From Amphiscolops sp. MND2022 (taxonomy: Eukaryota): 64,000 nt of DNA. The stretch lies in assembly GCA_964187785.1 (NCBI GenBank), contig OZ076409.1, positions 1,736,001 to 1,800,000 of the forward strand, in the 5' to 3' direction. The notes beneath the pieces are model-generated. The model was not told where the DNA came from, made no database searches, and saw only the letters and a list, made by a program, of their open reading frames with translations. Positions 12,819 through 27,362 of this stretch are shown here, piece by piece (the stretch's first letter is position 1; each line of letters opens with the position of its first letter). The position numbers were made by a program, and so were the translations under genes.

Positions 12819-14789
12819 GATCGAAAAAAGGATATGAATGGATTTCAATGGAATAGACGCACATAAGATTTCAACAACTTCGATTGTTCCGAAAACGGCT
12901 TCCGACGGAAGAACAATTGCGGCTCTCCAGTTGGGGCTAAAACAACTCTTTGTACGTTTGCTGAATTTTGTAAGAAGCAAAAAGTAATGTCCTCAAAGGA
13001 AAGCAAATAGAGGTCGAGCACTTGCTCTAGGCCCGCAACTTTAAGATGAGCTGTGTTCCTGGACGATGTCTTGTCGTGCTTGACGGGGGCGGCAAGCCTG
13101 AAACCCGGGGAGTGATGTAACGACGACCATGGGTACATCGAAATTTTCACCGAAGATTCATTTGAAACTGGCGTGGCCAATTTGAGCATGTATTGCCAAG
13201 GTTCCTGCCATCCCAAAAAACGACAACAGGAGAGAAGCCGCTGAGCGCTACGGCAATTCAAAACACAGAAAACAGCAAAAAAACATGCCAAATACGACGG
13301 TGCGACATCGAGAAATAGGTGCTATTCTCTACATGAGGCAACGAAACCCAAAAACGCGTCGCCTGCAAACATTGATCAACGGCGCCCTTTGGTATTCTCA
13401 GCTCGTGAGCTGGACGACCGATCTGCTGGACCCATTATTTCGGACAGTATTATATTATCATAAGTATGTTGTGCTAAATCCGTATTTAGATTACATGCTC
13501 GAGAGCAGCTCTTTTGTTGTTTGAGTGCTTTTTGTGGATTTCTGTGGATAACCACGTCTGTGGAGTCAACTTTTAAAAAGGCAGTTTTGAACCGGTTTTC
13601 ATTAGCTATTTCTGCGGTGGTTCTGAAGAAAACCGACATACCCGTATATTATAGCAGTAAAAGACCGGACTAAAGCAGAGAACGTTCTGGCAAGACAATT
13701 CCTCCTTCTCATGACCCGCATCGTTAGGAGGCAAAGTGCACGAGTACGTCGAAACTATGAGTCCCACACTCTGAACGTTTCCATACTTATTTCTCCTCCT
13801 CTGTATTGTGCTAAGCTATCCTTGCTTGTAGTTACAAAAATTTATACGTCACTTTTGAAAGGTTAAGTTTGCAAACTGAAAATTGGCATACAAAACTGAG
13901 CTTCGAAGCTATGATATGATGATCAGATATATGATAAAAGCTCAGATATGATGATCATCATATGCTTCTTCGAAAAACGTTCAGTTTCAGATTTGATGAG
14001 TATGTTGAACAGAACTACATGAAACTTTCAATAGCCTAGTATTGAAAATAAGTGTTTTTGAATAAAAGAATTTGAGAAACCAATCAAAACTTTGTCGGAT
14101 AAGACAGGCAAAACAAGAACTACTTACGCATCTACGCGGGGTGGCAAGGACTATCCACAAGTAGATTAAGTTGTTCATGCCACGCCAAAAGACCTTTAGG
14201 CCTTTTCTGGAAAACTGAGGAGGAACTGGTTGATATGCTTGTTCGAAAATACTGTTGAACATCTAAAAATAAAAATATAGATGTCATATCTATTTCAATG
14301 TTTAAATCATATAACAATCAGTTTCGTCAACCGGAAGTACCCAGCAGCAAAACTCCTTGTTCGAATTTCGATTATTGTTTGGAAAGTCCCGTGAAGAACG
14401 TGATCACAATGAGTAATTGATAAGTAGTTTGTAGATTCCACCGACTACGTGAAACGTTCAACCAGTTCGCAGAGAAAACTTCTGTACCCAATATCACTTT
14501 CCGTCCTCATTCAATCGAAGTACTAGTTCACTGCGAACACGATAAGAGCCTCCTCATTGCAAATGCCTGCATGTTCAAAAACATTCATAAGTTTTGAACC
14601 AAACCTGAAATGGTCCGAACATCAGATCCGAAAAATCGTTATTGGAATTGCGTTATGACATCATAGAATCTGGCTTGAATAGGAAGTGTTTCCGCATACG
14701 GAGGCCGAAATTGTAGAATAATGAACTGGAATTTTTTGACAGCGAAAACATTGAAAAAATCACAGCTTTCCTGGGACCAACCCGTTTTG

Positions 14790-16230
14790 GTAATGATGCC
14801 AGCGGACATTCACTGAAATTTGACTACAGTTGCTTTCTATTGAATATACCATCGAAAATCAATGCAAGTTAGTTGATTCCGTTAAGAACAAAAACCTGAA
14901 AATATACTTTTCAACAAAAACATGGTTAAAAGAAAACTTGAGGTGTTCACTTTTTGGCCTGCTTAAACCTCTCGCTAGAAGAGATCGAAAAGATGGTGCT
15001 CGTGGGGGAACTGTTATACACGGTAGATCAACATGGGTTCTTGAAGCCGAAGATTTGACATTGAATGATTCTGATTTCGCTGTAGCTGTTGGGGTTCAGT
15101 TTATAGGAGACTCAGCCTTTCTGGTTGTCCTAGTTTTTTTAAAAAGGTGATCGTGAAGTTTCAATGAATGACCTGGAACGTTCATTCAAAACCACTATTC
15201 AGTCTTTCTGATAGAAAGTTCCATCGAGTCATTATTCTCATTCCATTTGTTTCTCAAGTGATTTTCTTGAAACTAATGCACTGTAGCAAAATTTATCATC
15301 AAAGTGACCTCAACCCACATATTGAGCGTCGATAAGATGCATCAGCCTCACTCGTTTTTCTTGAATCATTCATTCTGGAATCATTCAAATCTGGTCTACT
15401 TTGTAAAGTTGTCGAATTCGCTTTCATTCATTATCCGACTAATTCCAAAATGGCGGATTTTTACAACCAACATTGGTTAAGCAGCATCGAGAATTCTTTC
15501 AACGGAAAACGTAAAATGCGCCTAGATAAACTGTTCTCCTATTCTTTCCACCAGATGCATGCGCTCAACAAATTGAACACAGCAAAAAACATCAATAAAC
15601 CACCAGGAATGTTACTGTGAAGAAAATCTGTAGAAAATCTGCACTTAGAATTTAGCAACTTTGCTGAACTAGACAGTATTTATTTCCATGATTGAGCTGC
15701 CACTAAAACTCTTTCTGATTATTTCACGCTGAATAGCCTCGAAACGAACGTGTATCCAATAGTTATGAAACATAAAGACAACTGTTTCGACAACAAGTAG
15801 CAAACGCGTTGACTATTCATTTCTCGAATTAATCCAATAATCAACATCCTCATGCTGTCATTCATGAATCTGATGACTCAATCAAGGTTGATGATATCCT
15901 TCAAATTCTTAATCTTCCAATGATTTGCCAACGGATAATCAAAAGGAAAGAATCAAAAACTACTACTTTAGATTTTTCCCTAATCAAATACTAAAACCTT
16001 GTCCTGGTCATCATCCATCTTCATCCCTGTCTTATGGAAAGTTTATTCGCCTTATATTCGAAAATAGGGAGCATAATCTAATTGTTGTTGCCCGTTCGGT
16101 AGAAGGCGGTTGAACATTTAAGATTCCGAAGAACCAATAAAGTATGTGTTTGTAGATGATTGCGTCGCTGATAGTTTTTCATAGCTCCCTTTGCTACATC
16201 TAGGGTTTCATTCTGTCAAGAGAAACGTTG
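14790..16230 (+). mobile_element. Highly degraded non-LTR (LINE) remnant
   Basis: APE-endonuclease-like STKTWL...RRDRKDGARGGTVI in ORF 14830-15150; FVDD-like tttgtagatgat at ~16149. Confidence 0.45.
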
Positions 16231-16254
16231 ACTCCTAAAGAGTTTTTAGGACCT

Positions 16255-16596
16255 TTATTGCAGACCTGCCATTTTGTTCCAATCAAGATCTTTTGAAAAT
16301 AGATCGTTGTTATCCATCACCAATGGAAAAACTGGTTCCAGATCATGAATCGCTGTAACACCTAAGCCAACGGAGTCCGCCGGGTAAAATTTTTCCCCAA
16401 AAGGCCGCTCAGTTAGCTTGACCGTTTTATGCAATCGCCGCGAAAGCTCATCTGTTAGCTTTAGTTTCCCATGAAAGTAATTCACACAACTGGGCTCATT
16501 TGCAATGACATCCGAAGAGTAATTTGGTAACAAGTCCAATGCATCGCCATTGTCACCCTTGACTACAAACAACTCGTTAGCATCATCTTGCGCCAT
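16255..16596 (-). CDS. Hypothetical 113-aa protein
   Basis: ATG-started ORF with globular-protein-like composition; no motif recognised. Confidence 0.3.
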   Translation of the reverse strand: MAQDDANELFVVKGDNGDALDLLPNYSSDVIANEPSCVNYFHGKLKLTDELSRRLHKTVKLTERPFGEKFYPADSVGLGVTAIHDLEPVFPLVMDNNDLFSKDLDWNKMAGLQ

Positions 16597-16831
16597 TCTT
16601 CAAGAAATGCTTAACAACCATAACAATTCAGTGGGAAAGGACGGAAAATGATACCAATTCATGATCACATCGGTAGCTCTGACATCGCCTCCACAAAAAA
16701 TAATGCAGTACGGAAAAGCCGAGGGTTGTAAATTGAATACTTTCAATGGTTGTTTTAAACCCTCAGAAACCCCGGAAAAGATTTATGTCTATAAATAGTG
16801 TTTTTCTTTACACGTACAATACAATAACACA

Positions 16832-17079
16832 ACAAGACGCCCGCTATGTACCGGGATATCATTTTCCGCTAAAAATGTAACGCATCAGCACGGGTTCGAA
16901 CCCACAACCTGGTGTCTCCCTGGTGACCAGATTTTACCAAGTAACTAGAATGTTCAAGTAACTATAATAGTCAAGTAACTAAGTGAGGTGAAACTGGGAG
17001 GAAATTTGGCAGGATTTGGAGAAAAAAACGAAACACAGATCATGATTTTCCTCCCCCATTATAGGTGGGCGGAAAATAA
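16832..17079 (-). mobile_element. Helentron/DINE-1-like non-autonomous element, family B, with tRNA-like core
   Basis: Subterminal IR attttccgc/gcggaaaat, terminal hairpin CCCG..CGGG before TTGT; B-box GGTTCGAACCC; homologous to 42215-42440. Confidence 0.65.
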
Positions 17080-17291
17080 CAAAACCTTAGTACTGTCTAA
17101 TGCTGCCCCTTTATCAAAGTAGTTGGCAATTGGTTTTACGGGAGTGTGTCTTCTAATATTGGTCTTGATTCTGTCATGTGCGTGTTTTATTATCAATCAC
17201 AATTAATGCAAAGCAGTTTAGTGATAAGTTTTGTATAATGAACCAGTTCGTGCGTTTGTTAGGAAGTTTTCGCCGTTTCACACTTTGGGTT

Positions 17292-20200
17292 TGTTGTAGT
17301 CAAAAACACTGAGCTAACAAGAATTGAATTTTATCGAATCAACTGTAGTATGTAAAATCAACTTGATGCAACGTTTTTCATTTGTGTAAATTCGACGACG
17401 TATAAAACAGGTACTTTATTAAATTTTTGACAATGTTTATCAATTAAACGTTAGCATCGTTCTTTTTTATTTTTGACCTTGGCCAATGGCCTCGGCCACA
17501 CCTGCCTCACTACGGGATAAAGTTCGTACTATCTAAATGTAATTATGTTTACGGTACAGATGTTACTAACAGAAAAGTTTGGGTTAAAGCTACCGCCGAA
17601 AAGATTGTTATAAGAGAATGTTTACAGGAACATGTACTAAATATATTGTATGTGTTTATGTTCAGTTTCAGATTCTGATGGTTTCTAATTGTCACCTATT
17701 CATCAATTTCTTTCTGGGGCATTACTTCAAAGTTGAGGATAGCTTCTAACTCCCTTCGAATTTGTTCTTCTGTTTGCGACTCGTTAATTTGCGCCGCTCC
17801 CTCTGGCTCCTCGATGATTTTCCATAACATTTTATACGTACCAGTCTGGGCGTCGTTATGGTCGTTGGCTTTGGCGTGAATTGTTTGTCAGTAGTTTTTT
17901 CTGTACTTTCTTCACTTGTTGTTTCTTGTTCTATGTTTTCGTTGTCTTCGTCAGAAGAGCTATCAAGAATGTCCATATTTTTGTCTGGTAATCCCGCCAG
18001 GGATTTTCTCGGTTTTATCTGTTTTCTTGGAGAGCGGTTTGTTTTGGTGGGATGCGTGTTTTGTAATCCTTTGCTGCAAAGAATTTATGTGGTTTGTTAA
18101 CCTCATTTTCGCTTCTTTCTTCGGCGTCTTTTAGTGCTGCTACTTTTCTCTCCAATGAATGGCTGTTTCCTCTTTTTGTGATGCGCTTTTTTTGGCAAGG
18201 TCTCGTTTTGATAGCACTTGGTGTCTTCTGTTTGTCTCCACTGTGACGGTGTGGCTCGATTCGGAAACGATGTTCCCTGGCGTTTTGAATTGGCCTTTAA
18301 GTTTTGTGTTTTGGGTTCAATCTTATGAGGAAGATCGTGGAGTCATCGTCCTTTGGAAGTTCGTCTGGAGAGAGCATCTGATTTTAGTCGTTTTCTAAAC
18401 AGTGTTTTGGTCTCTCAGTTATTATTTCTTTACGGTATTTGCAATACGACTAAACACCTGTTTGAAGGGGGTATTCTTATTGGCCGCCGCGGCCGTTCTT
18501 AGAGCGAATAAGAGACGCGCTAAACCTGCGTTTCCTTTTTCGGTGATAATTGTTTTATCGGCCCTTAATCTCTCATTAATGGTTCTAATTAATCGTTCTA
18601 CTTTACCATTTCCGCGGTGGTAGTAAATTGAACATTCGATATGCAGAATGAATTGTTCTTGGCAAAATTATTTAAACACTTCGCCGCGAAAGATAGTTAA
18701 GGAATCCGTGCGGATTCTTTTTGGAATACCGAATTGTGCGGCGTGTGTGTGTGTTTAGAAAGTTTACGACCCGTTCTGTGGTAGGTTTTGCTACAAGCGC
18801 GGCGTTCGGCCAAGACATTGTGGGCAGGACTGTCCCAGTAGGACGATATCACCACATGTCTGCTACTGCTTGTAGCATCGAGTCACGTCCTGGATGACCC
18901 CAGTGAAGGAAGGTTCCAAAAATTGGCTTTGTGAGCTCTTCTGGAATGACTATCTCATCCCCTGTAGATGAAATCGTTTTTGTCCAATCGGAATTCGTTG
19001 AACCTCTGTTGCCAAACTTTCGGTAGTTTGTTTATCGTCTGTTAGTTGTGGTTTTTTAGAACGTCGATAATTGATTTCAATAGTGGGTTGTGTTCGTACG
19101 TCCCTGCCAGGATGTTTTCTCCAATCCGTTGAATGCTGGAGTTGAGGGGAATTGTCGAGGTTTTATCTGTTATTGCGAGAGTTCTAGGTCTTCGGACCGG
19201 CTGTTTGATTGCGATTTCATGCAGTATGCGTGTCTCGCTTCAATCGCGCTTGTTTGCCAAGACAATTTGTTCGCTGAGTGCGTCTTTAAATGTTTGCTTT
19301 ATTGATGGCGTAGCGTCACGTTCGTTCACACCTTCGTTGGTTAAATTCTCGCTCGCATCGCGATGTGTGTGTGCGTTTAGAAAGTTTACGACCCGTTCTG
19401 TGGTAGGTTTTGCTACAAGCGCGGCGTTCGGCCAAGACATTGTGTTTTTGATTTGCAGAAGTCGCCGCGGAATGTCGCCTGATTCGTCAGGAGTGAATTC
19501 GTTCATTCTGAAACATCATTATCAATGAAACCTTCGTCCCATTATGTACTTGATTTTACAGATTTTTCATTTATCGGTGATGGGGTTCGAGACAAATAAT
19601 CAGCGATGCCTAACGTTCTGTCCGGTCCGTGTATTACCTCAAAATCAAAGGGATAAAGACCATCTACCCACCGTGTGAGCCTGCTAGAGTATGTCTTATT
19701 CGCCTTTTGTCCCTTTAATTCTGTTGCTAATGCTTTATGGTCTGTTGTTATTTTGAATGGGACTCCGTACACGTAGCTGCGAAAATATTCAACTGACCAT
19801 ACTATCGCAAATATTTCAGGTTCATTTATGGAACATTTTGATTTTAATTCAGTCAAAAAGCGTGATGCCAATGAAATTGGTTTCCACTCGTTGTTTTCTT
19901 CTTTCTGTAATGCAGCTCCCAGCCCAGACTTATTTGCATTGCAAATGATCCCCAAGGGGCTTTGTCGTTTGAAGTGATTCAGCATGGTTGCTTTCCTAGT
20001 TTCTTCATTTACTGTTTCACCCCAGAAATTTTTCACCCCAAGACTTTTCTTGTTCTTCACCCCAATTCTAATCATTACCTTTCTTTATTATATTTCGGAA
20101 TTGAAAGCACAGCTCTGCTAAATTGGGGATGAATTTGTTATATTGGTTAACGACGACCAGGAACGATCTGAGTTTTTTTAAGTTTGTTGGTTTCCACTCA

Positions 20201-22410
20201 AATTTGTCCGCTGCGGATGTGAACTTTTCTAATTTCAAACATATGTTTGCTTCGACGAGTCTTTTCAATACTTTTTTTACTTTCTTGATGTGTTCATCTT
20301 CTGTTCCTTGTGTGACATCAAAAATATCATCTATAAAAGCAAGTGTATTTGTGATACCTGCCATTGTTAAGTCCATCATTCTTGGATATTATGTAGGCAT
20401 GGTTTTGAGACCGTAGAACCCTGTTATGAATCTGTAAATTCCTGTCGCCGCGCCCCCGATTACTTGGAAGTTGCATTGTCGTGACGTGGCTTCGCTCAGT
20501 TCTACTTGTCCGTGTGCATAAGTCAAATCCAGTGCAGTCAAACAGGTCTTCCTTGGGCGTTGTTCCACATGTTCTGCAATCATAGCCATTAATTTGTCCA
20601 GACTCGGCCTTGTGTTTTTATCCTTAACAACAATTTTATTCAATTCCCTTGCATACAGGGCTATTTTGACGCTCCGATGTTTCTTGACGGTTATCTTTGT
20701 GGGCTGTAAGAAGACATCCTGTTTGATGTCCTGTACTTTAACATTTTGGCCTTCTTGCAATAGCCGATTTATTTCCCTTTTTACGGGTTCTTGTAGTTGG
20801 ATTGGTGCGCGGCGGCCCTTCTGTTGTTTTGTTACCGTTCTTTCGTGGAGCCTAGCGTGTATTATATGATATTTTATTCTACCCTTTCTAGCAAACAGGT
20901 CGGGGAATTCCGCCTGCATTTTGTTTACTAATAGACATGCTGGCAGTGTTTTAGTTATACATTTTACTGCATTGAAAAACTTAGTTTTCGTTCGATGCGA
21001 TACTGTAAATTTTTCAACCATTCTCTGCCGAGAAATGACTTTGCTCCCGGTCGTGCCACCAAGATTCTCGCTTTTCTTATGTATTTGTCGCCCACCTCCA
21101 TACATAAAAAATGTATCCCAGTAGATCCCGAATCGATCATTTGACAAATTGTTTTTCGATTTATTTTGCCTTTCATCATGAATAGGGGTGATTCACCACC
21201 ATCGATGCCAAGAACGTATTGTTCTTCTTTTTCTTGTTCGTCATTTTTGTCTGATTCATCATCAACCCAATTTACCCGCCGCGGTGGTTGTTTCTGCGAA
21301 GTTTGTGGTTCTTGCTGTTTTCGGCACACACGACCATTGTGACCCAAAAATCCACATTTGTTACATTTCTTGCCTATTGTGGGCACCCAGAAATTCACAT
21401 TTGTTACATTTCTTGCCTATTGTGGGCATACCTTCAGATGCTGTATTGAGAAATTTTCTGTTCCACAATGTAAACAGTCCTTCTTTTTCGTTACGACGCA
21501 TATGGGTTCACTCTTTATCGAGACTTTGGTTTATCCCTACAGTTTTTGGCGTAATGTGCCCTCCTCGTACCCAATTGGGAAATCCAATGCATCTTTTGGG
21601 GATGCTTTCGGTTCTGTACATAGTTTCTTTTGTACAGCCAGGTTCTTCATATTGAGAATGAAAATATCGTGAACGAAGCTTTCTGTTTGAGCCTCAAAAT
21701 TACATTCCGCCGACGCCATTGCGTTCATTGAGTGCCAGAATGGCTCCCATGTCTTTGACGGCATTTGTTTCCTGGATAGAAACCTGAAACGATCTAGTGT
21801 TCCGTTCCGTTTTGAATCGAAAGTACTAATGCAATTGTCCAGTAATACTTGCAGTGTTATTTCGGATATTTTGACTTTTGGATATTTGTCGGAAAATGTC
21901 TTCCGTGCCGCAGCCCCCAGAGATAAGAAAAAGTACGCTGACGCACTTACGCTCTGCCACTGGGTGGTCAAGATTTTTCTTTAATGCTTTATTTCAATCA
22001 GCCTCATTTATCACAGTCCTCAATACCTCTGCAATAGAGATTGAATGATTTGCAGTCATCGCCACGGCGAACAAATCGCACCATTTCTTCCATTCGATGC
22101 TTGGCTTTTGGTGAGGGTCCTTCCAATACAGCGCCAAACAGATACTGCTGATTTCCCATTTGTGGTTTTTCCAACGTCAGTATCAAAAGCTCGCAGCGCC
22201 ATGTTATAGTCAAAAACACTGAGCTAACAAGAACTGAATTTTATCGAATCAACTGTAGTATGTAAAGGCAACTTGCTGCAATGGTTTTCATTTGTGTCGT
22301 TTCGACGACCTATGAAACAGGTACTTTTTTAAATGTTTAACAATTTTTATCATTTAAATGTTAGCATCGTTCTTTTTTGTTCTTGACCTTGGCCAATGGC
22401 CTCGGCCACA
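17292..22410 (-). mobile_element. Complete decayed Ty3/gypsy element (Mag-like)
   Basis: 209-bp TG..CA LTRs at 17292-17500 and 22202-22410 (~20 mismatches by hand count); TSD gggtt/gggtc; PBS TGGCGCTGCGAGC (tRNA-Ser-like) at 22189-22201. Confidence 0.93.
17746..22190 (-). pseudogene. gag-pol of the decayed gypsy element
   Basis: Zinc knuckle CNKCGFLGHNGRVC, protease IDSG, RT fragments (LDLTYAHGQ, FIDD), RNase H (TDHKAL, ADYLSR), integrase remnants at ~18450-18950; many stops and frameshifts. Confidence 0.9.
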
Positions 22411-22430
22411 GGGTCACACGATGAAGAGAT

Positions 22431-22960
22431 ACAAGCCGAGAACAGCCAAAGTTGGCGCCATATCTAAGGCTCAAAATTCAAAAGAGGGGTTCCTTCGGGC
22501 TTTGTGAAACTCCAGCTGGTTGCAAAAAATGAAAAAAAAATTGAAGGGGAGACCCTTTGGAAAATTTTTTAAAATTAGATTTTTGAACACTGTCACAGTG
22601 CCGAAAAATGTGAAAGGGGGGACCCTTTGCGATTTTTGACATCCATTGTGTTGCAAAATATCGAAACAAATGAAGGGGGGACCCCTTGGTGCAATCCAAA
22701 AAGTTTCAAAAAGTCTCATAGTGCCGAAAAAAAGTGGGGCTATGGGGGCATCCTTAGTGTGTTTTCGAGGCTCTGGACGTCTGTTTTGTTTTTTCTTTTC
22801 GTTTTGGACGCACTTCTGAGGTTGGAGTTGCTGAGTTTTGAAGTTGTTAAGGTTTGACGTTGTTGAATAAATGAACAAAAAAGTGAACCTTACGCGTCCA
22901 AAAAAAACTACGCACTGTAATAGTCGGGCTCATTCTCTACTAAAATGCGCCGACTAAAAA
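22431..22960 (-). mobile_element. Helentron/DINE-1-like non-autonomous element, family A
   Basis: acaagccg...aagttggcgccatatctaaggctc at one end, agtcggg...gcgccgactaaaaa at the other; close homologue at 57014-57558. Confidence 0.75.
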
Positions 22961-24638
22961 CACAGACAGACGTATTGCTCAAATTAATTTACTTGATCTT
23001 CCGTGAACTTGAATTGCAGTTTCTTTACAAAAAGAGGCACACTCGAATGTTTTTGTTCATGAAAGATATTATTTTAACTTTTCGATGCTTGTCTTTAGAA
23101 CAGATAAATTGTGCTGAGAATAAATTTGAAACCAACATGACAAATGTTCATCGGTGCTTTCTTAGATAGTTGTGACTTTCAAGACCGACTAACTGACGGA
23201 TTTTATGTTTTATAAGCTGTTGCTTTGTAACTTGTTCCTTCTACCGCCACTTGGCACAGAGGTAATTAGAATTTTTTGAAGTCTGAAAAGCAGAAGCATG
23301 TAGGTTCGAGTCTCGCACTGGACCAAAAAATTTTATGCTTGTTATTTCGGCTTTGTGAGATTTTGTTTCAAAATTTTTTTGAAAGGTCCCCTCTTCGATT
23401 ATATAAAGATTTTTCAACAAATTGGAATTTCAAAAAGCACCAAGGGTCCTCCTTTTACAGTTTTCGACTTTGTAAGGTTTTTTCAGAAAGATTTTCCGTC
23501 TCAAAAGTAGGTTTTTTCACCACGCTATACCCAATATTTGTTTTGTTTCAAGACTGGTGTTTTTATCAAAACCCCCAACTCGATTTTTACTAGAAACGAA
23601 ACTAGAGATATCCTCAGGGATTTCGGCACTATGCGACTTACCGAAGAAGTTCATCTAAAAGTTTTCGAAAAAAACTTTCCCGTATCCCGTGTGTTATTTT
23701 TGACACTGTAAATTTCATGAAATTTTTTACAAAAGTGTCCTCTTGTGTATTTAGAAAACTTTAACCTTTTTGGAACCTTGAGCGGGTTGTTTGGACTTGA
23801 TGGAGAATATTTAGGGTACAGGACGAGAAATTAATTATCACAGACAACTTTTTGGGGTTTTCACTGGAATTTCTGATCTCTGTTATACTTCGTTGTCTGT
23901 TTAGAGTTATCCCCTGAATGGCCTACTTTTTTCCTCGGAATCAGCTGCATTAAAATATGAGAAATGTCCAATTTTCAGTTCTACAAACTAGTCATTCAAC
24001 AGAATCATGGCAATCTTGAAGTTAACCCTAGTCGAGAATGCTGCAGGTATGGGAATTTTTTACACGTTGCAGGCATGCACGCAGGGTAATTTTGATAAAA
24101 CCTAGAAAATTCAGACTGCGCGCAGGGAAAGTTCTTGTAAAACTTAAGGGTTGTTTATAATTCTTGTATCTATGGTCACCTCTTTAGCCTTTCAGCTTAT
24201 TTTCCCCCAAACGAGGAAATAGCAGGAATGCTGTTTTGCAATGTATGGCAAACGTTTAGTCCATAAAAAGACCGAATGAAAAGGTCCTTGTAGGAATTGA
24301 ATTTTTTGTTAAATCTTGTACGGTCATTGTAGAATACGTGGTCATTGTCAGATGGAAATTTATAGCACATTTATTTGTTTCAAAAAAGTTTTCGGAACTC
24401 TGATACTGTTGTGTATCTCTTTGTAAAAAAATAGAAGAAGGATGTGGATTTTTTCGAATACTCAGGAACAAAAGAACATATGAAAGATAATAATGTACAA
24501 CCACTTGAATTAGAATAGAATGATTTCTCATGCAATTCCATTGATGCATTCATGTTTGACTGCACCATAGATCTGCAGACGTATCACTAGATGGGATGCA
24601 TGCAAACATGTAAGAGCATGCATGGACATGCATGCATA

Positions 24639-25517
24639 CTAGGTGAGCCAAAAAAAAGGAACGCATAAAAATTTTTGAGCTCTCAAAATGTCGAAAAACT
24701 TGTCAACAATCTTTTCAAAACAACTTCTAACGCCAAAATTCAGCTTGTCAATAATTCAATTTGACAACATTGGTTTCACACATTCGACTGTCAAAGAACT
24801 TTCACACAGACTGGTAAAGATGTCTATAGATCGTTTCAAAACGTTCGCGAGATTAGAACTAATTAATCGTCGCTGAAAATACCTTTTGTGAAGTCAAAAA
24901 ATAAAAGTCGACGGCACCAGTTAACTGTCCTATCTTTTTGAGCATTCGAATGAACGTCTTGTACAGCAACACGATTTCGAATGTCGCGATATTTCAAAAA
25001 ACGGTGTGACGTGGCATTGGAGACAAGTCGTCTGGCTGTAAGCAGAAGGTCAGAAAGCCGGAATTTTGAGTTTCGATTAACGCGGCCCAGAAGCTGACGC
25101 TTTTATTTTCTTGTGAGTACAGATTTTCGACCCAATTTGAATTTTTCTGCCCAATACGTCGCTTCAGGATTCCTCTAAGTCTTGACTCGGAAATCGAGAA
25201 AATCCAAGCAAGTGGTGAATTTGCATAAATCCGGGTTTGCATCTTTAAAACGGTATATCGATTTTGCAAGGCCATCAGATGTGCCTTTGCCTCGCATATT
25301 TTCAGAAATTGTTATAATAGCATCGCTAATTAAAAGACTGGTACCTAGTCTCGCAAACTTTTTGAAACGATCTATAGATTTTCTTTAAAACATGCTCAGT
25401 TTTTAGATGTGATTACGTAATGAAAGCTCCATTCTGAATGCTCGAACAAAAAGTGAATTCTTACTCGCCAATTGTTTACCAATATTACAATTTTTCTTCG
25501 TTTCTTTTTTTGGTTCA
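24639..25517. mobile_element. TA-flanked MITE (Tc1/mariner-like) whose right TIR is split by the LTR element (remainder at 41345-41354)
   Basis: Left TIR ta|CTAGGTGAGCCAAAAAAAAGGAACG; right TIR tttttttggttca[insertion]gttcacctac. Confidence 0.8.
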
Positions 25518-27362
25518 TGTAAGAAAATCCAATTCGGGCTTGAAGAGAGTTTTAACAGACAAAAGTTTAACAGACAAAAGGTTGTTTTAGTGAGTTAGCT
25601 AATTCTGTTGAAGTTACTGTCAAGTTCTCTCTCCAGGTTTGCTGTATTGGCTCGCGTCGTCCGAAAACTTCGAGTAATGGAGTAATAAAATTACTTCTTT
25701 ATCGCAAAAATAACACTGGGCCCCTCAAATAAGTCAAACTAACTAATATTCATCAATCGAAGAAGCAATCTCCGATTCAACCAACTACAGGTTTATCACT
25801 TGTACGATTTCTATCTAGCTCCTGGAGCTAAACGACAACGTAATCTTCTAGAAGTGTCTCTTATCTCCGCGAGACTCAACTTGCTTCTAGCTCTATTACT
25901 CGGTTGTGTATATTCACCGCCTCGATAATGTTTATTCATCAGCTGCATTTTTGTTGTTTCGATGTAGACCTTTAAGTTAAATGCTTTTGACTTCATGTAT
26001 CTCTATTCCTTTTATGACATGGCAGCACCCTAGTTATATTTCGTCCAGACTCACTTCGCCGCCAACGACAAATACTTCAGCAATGGTTGTGCAAAGTTCA
26101 CACTTCAATAATAATTCAAGTCACCCAAAATATTTCTAATATCGGACAATCATTCAATGAACTTCACATACATGGTATACATGTTTTCTACGTAAAAAAG
26201 GTACTTTTCTCTTATTCAGAGCGGTGCATAGCGAATTCTCTCGCCTCACTGAAATGCATAAGTTGTCACGCAAACGGCGCTGATTCACATGTTTTATCGT
26301 AAGTTTCTCTATATGTTCGGGGATTGCATCTAAAATGACCTTGAGGTCCATCGTTGACCTTGAAATTATTCGTCCTCATCCAATGTTGCTACATGCCAAA
26401 TTAAGCAGTCCTAGCGTTAATGGTCTTCTAGTTACATGATGTGAGTATGGTTTGCTTACTCAAGGCGGTTGTCCCCGGATGGGCTATGAATACGATTCCA
26501 TTCGTGTTAGTAATCGACTACATTCGTTGTCACGGTTCGTTGCAGATATTACAAGCCAAAGTCAAATGTCATTCATCGGTCGACCCCGCGTGTCCGATCC
26601 CGCGTGCCTTAAACGAACATTACTCCTCGCGTGGTGGACCAATTAATGTATCTTTGATGGATATTACTTAGGGTTGCTAAGTGAACATCTTAGGTACGTT
26701 TCATGATCCTGGTGTCATCTGTTGGTTATTTACATAACAATCGGGGTTTATTCACATAGGGTCCGTGCAACTCCTACGCGCGTCGTAGTGTTGTGAAATT
26801 ATGCGCAAACGGCTCAATATCCTATGGGCTATCAATTCCGTATATAACATGAATTAGTCCGCGTTTCGCCGACGAGTTCGCGAGGGTCAACCAAGGTCAC
26901 TTTCGGTTCTAATAGCCCGGCACTGGGGGATTTACGGGGTCGGCTGCTCCGAGTCGAAAGTTGAGTTAACACCTGTTATATATCCATGCCAAGTTTCAGC
27001 GCGATCAGACAAGTCATTCTCAAAAAAGCAGGTGGCCTTTTTTTGGGATGCTTCTTCTTTTTGTATAATGTACAAACTTTGTGAATTTTGGTCCCGGGGC
27101 GCTCGATTTTAGCTTAGTTAATTCGAACAATCTCATTGTTCACGTCATTCAATAACTTGGTAAATTTGCCTTGGAAGTTTCGTTTATTATGTGAACACCT
27201 TGTTTGCCAAATAAGTCATATTGAAACACGCTATGGTCAGCCTTTTCAGCTGTTTTTACTATTACGGCTGTCTAAAGATATGATTAACGTAGTTCTGTCT
27301 ATCGTATGTACTTAGCGCAAATTCAATGAAGTTTTGCATACGCCAAAAACTAAAATTCCACA
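25518..27362 (-). repeat. 3' LTR (1845 bp)
   Basis: Colinear with 39490-41344; plus strand begins TGTAAG and ends CCACA. Confidence 0.92.

Noticed and set aside
12845..13640. Host exons or an additional element in this GC-richer stretch
   Set aside because: No motif, consistent splice phase or terminal repeats that I could support
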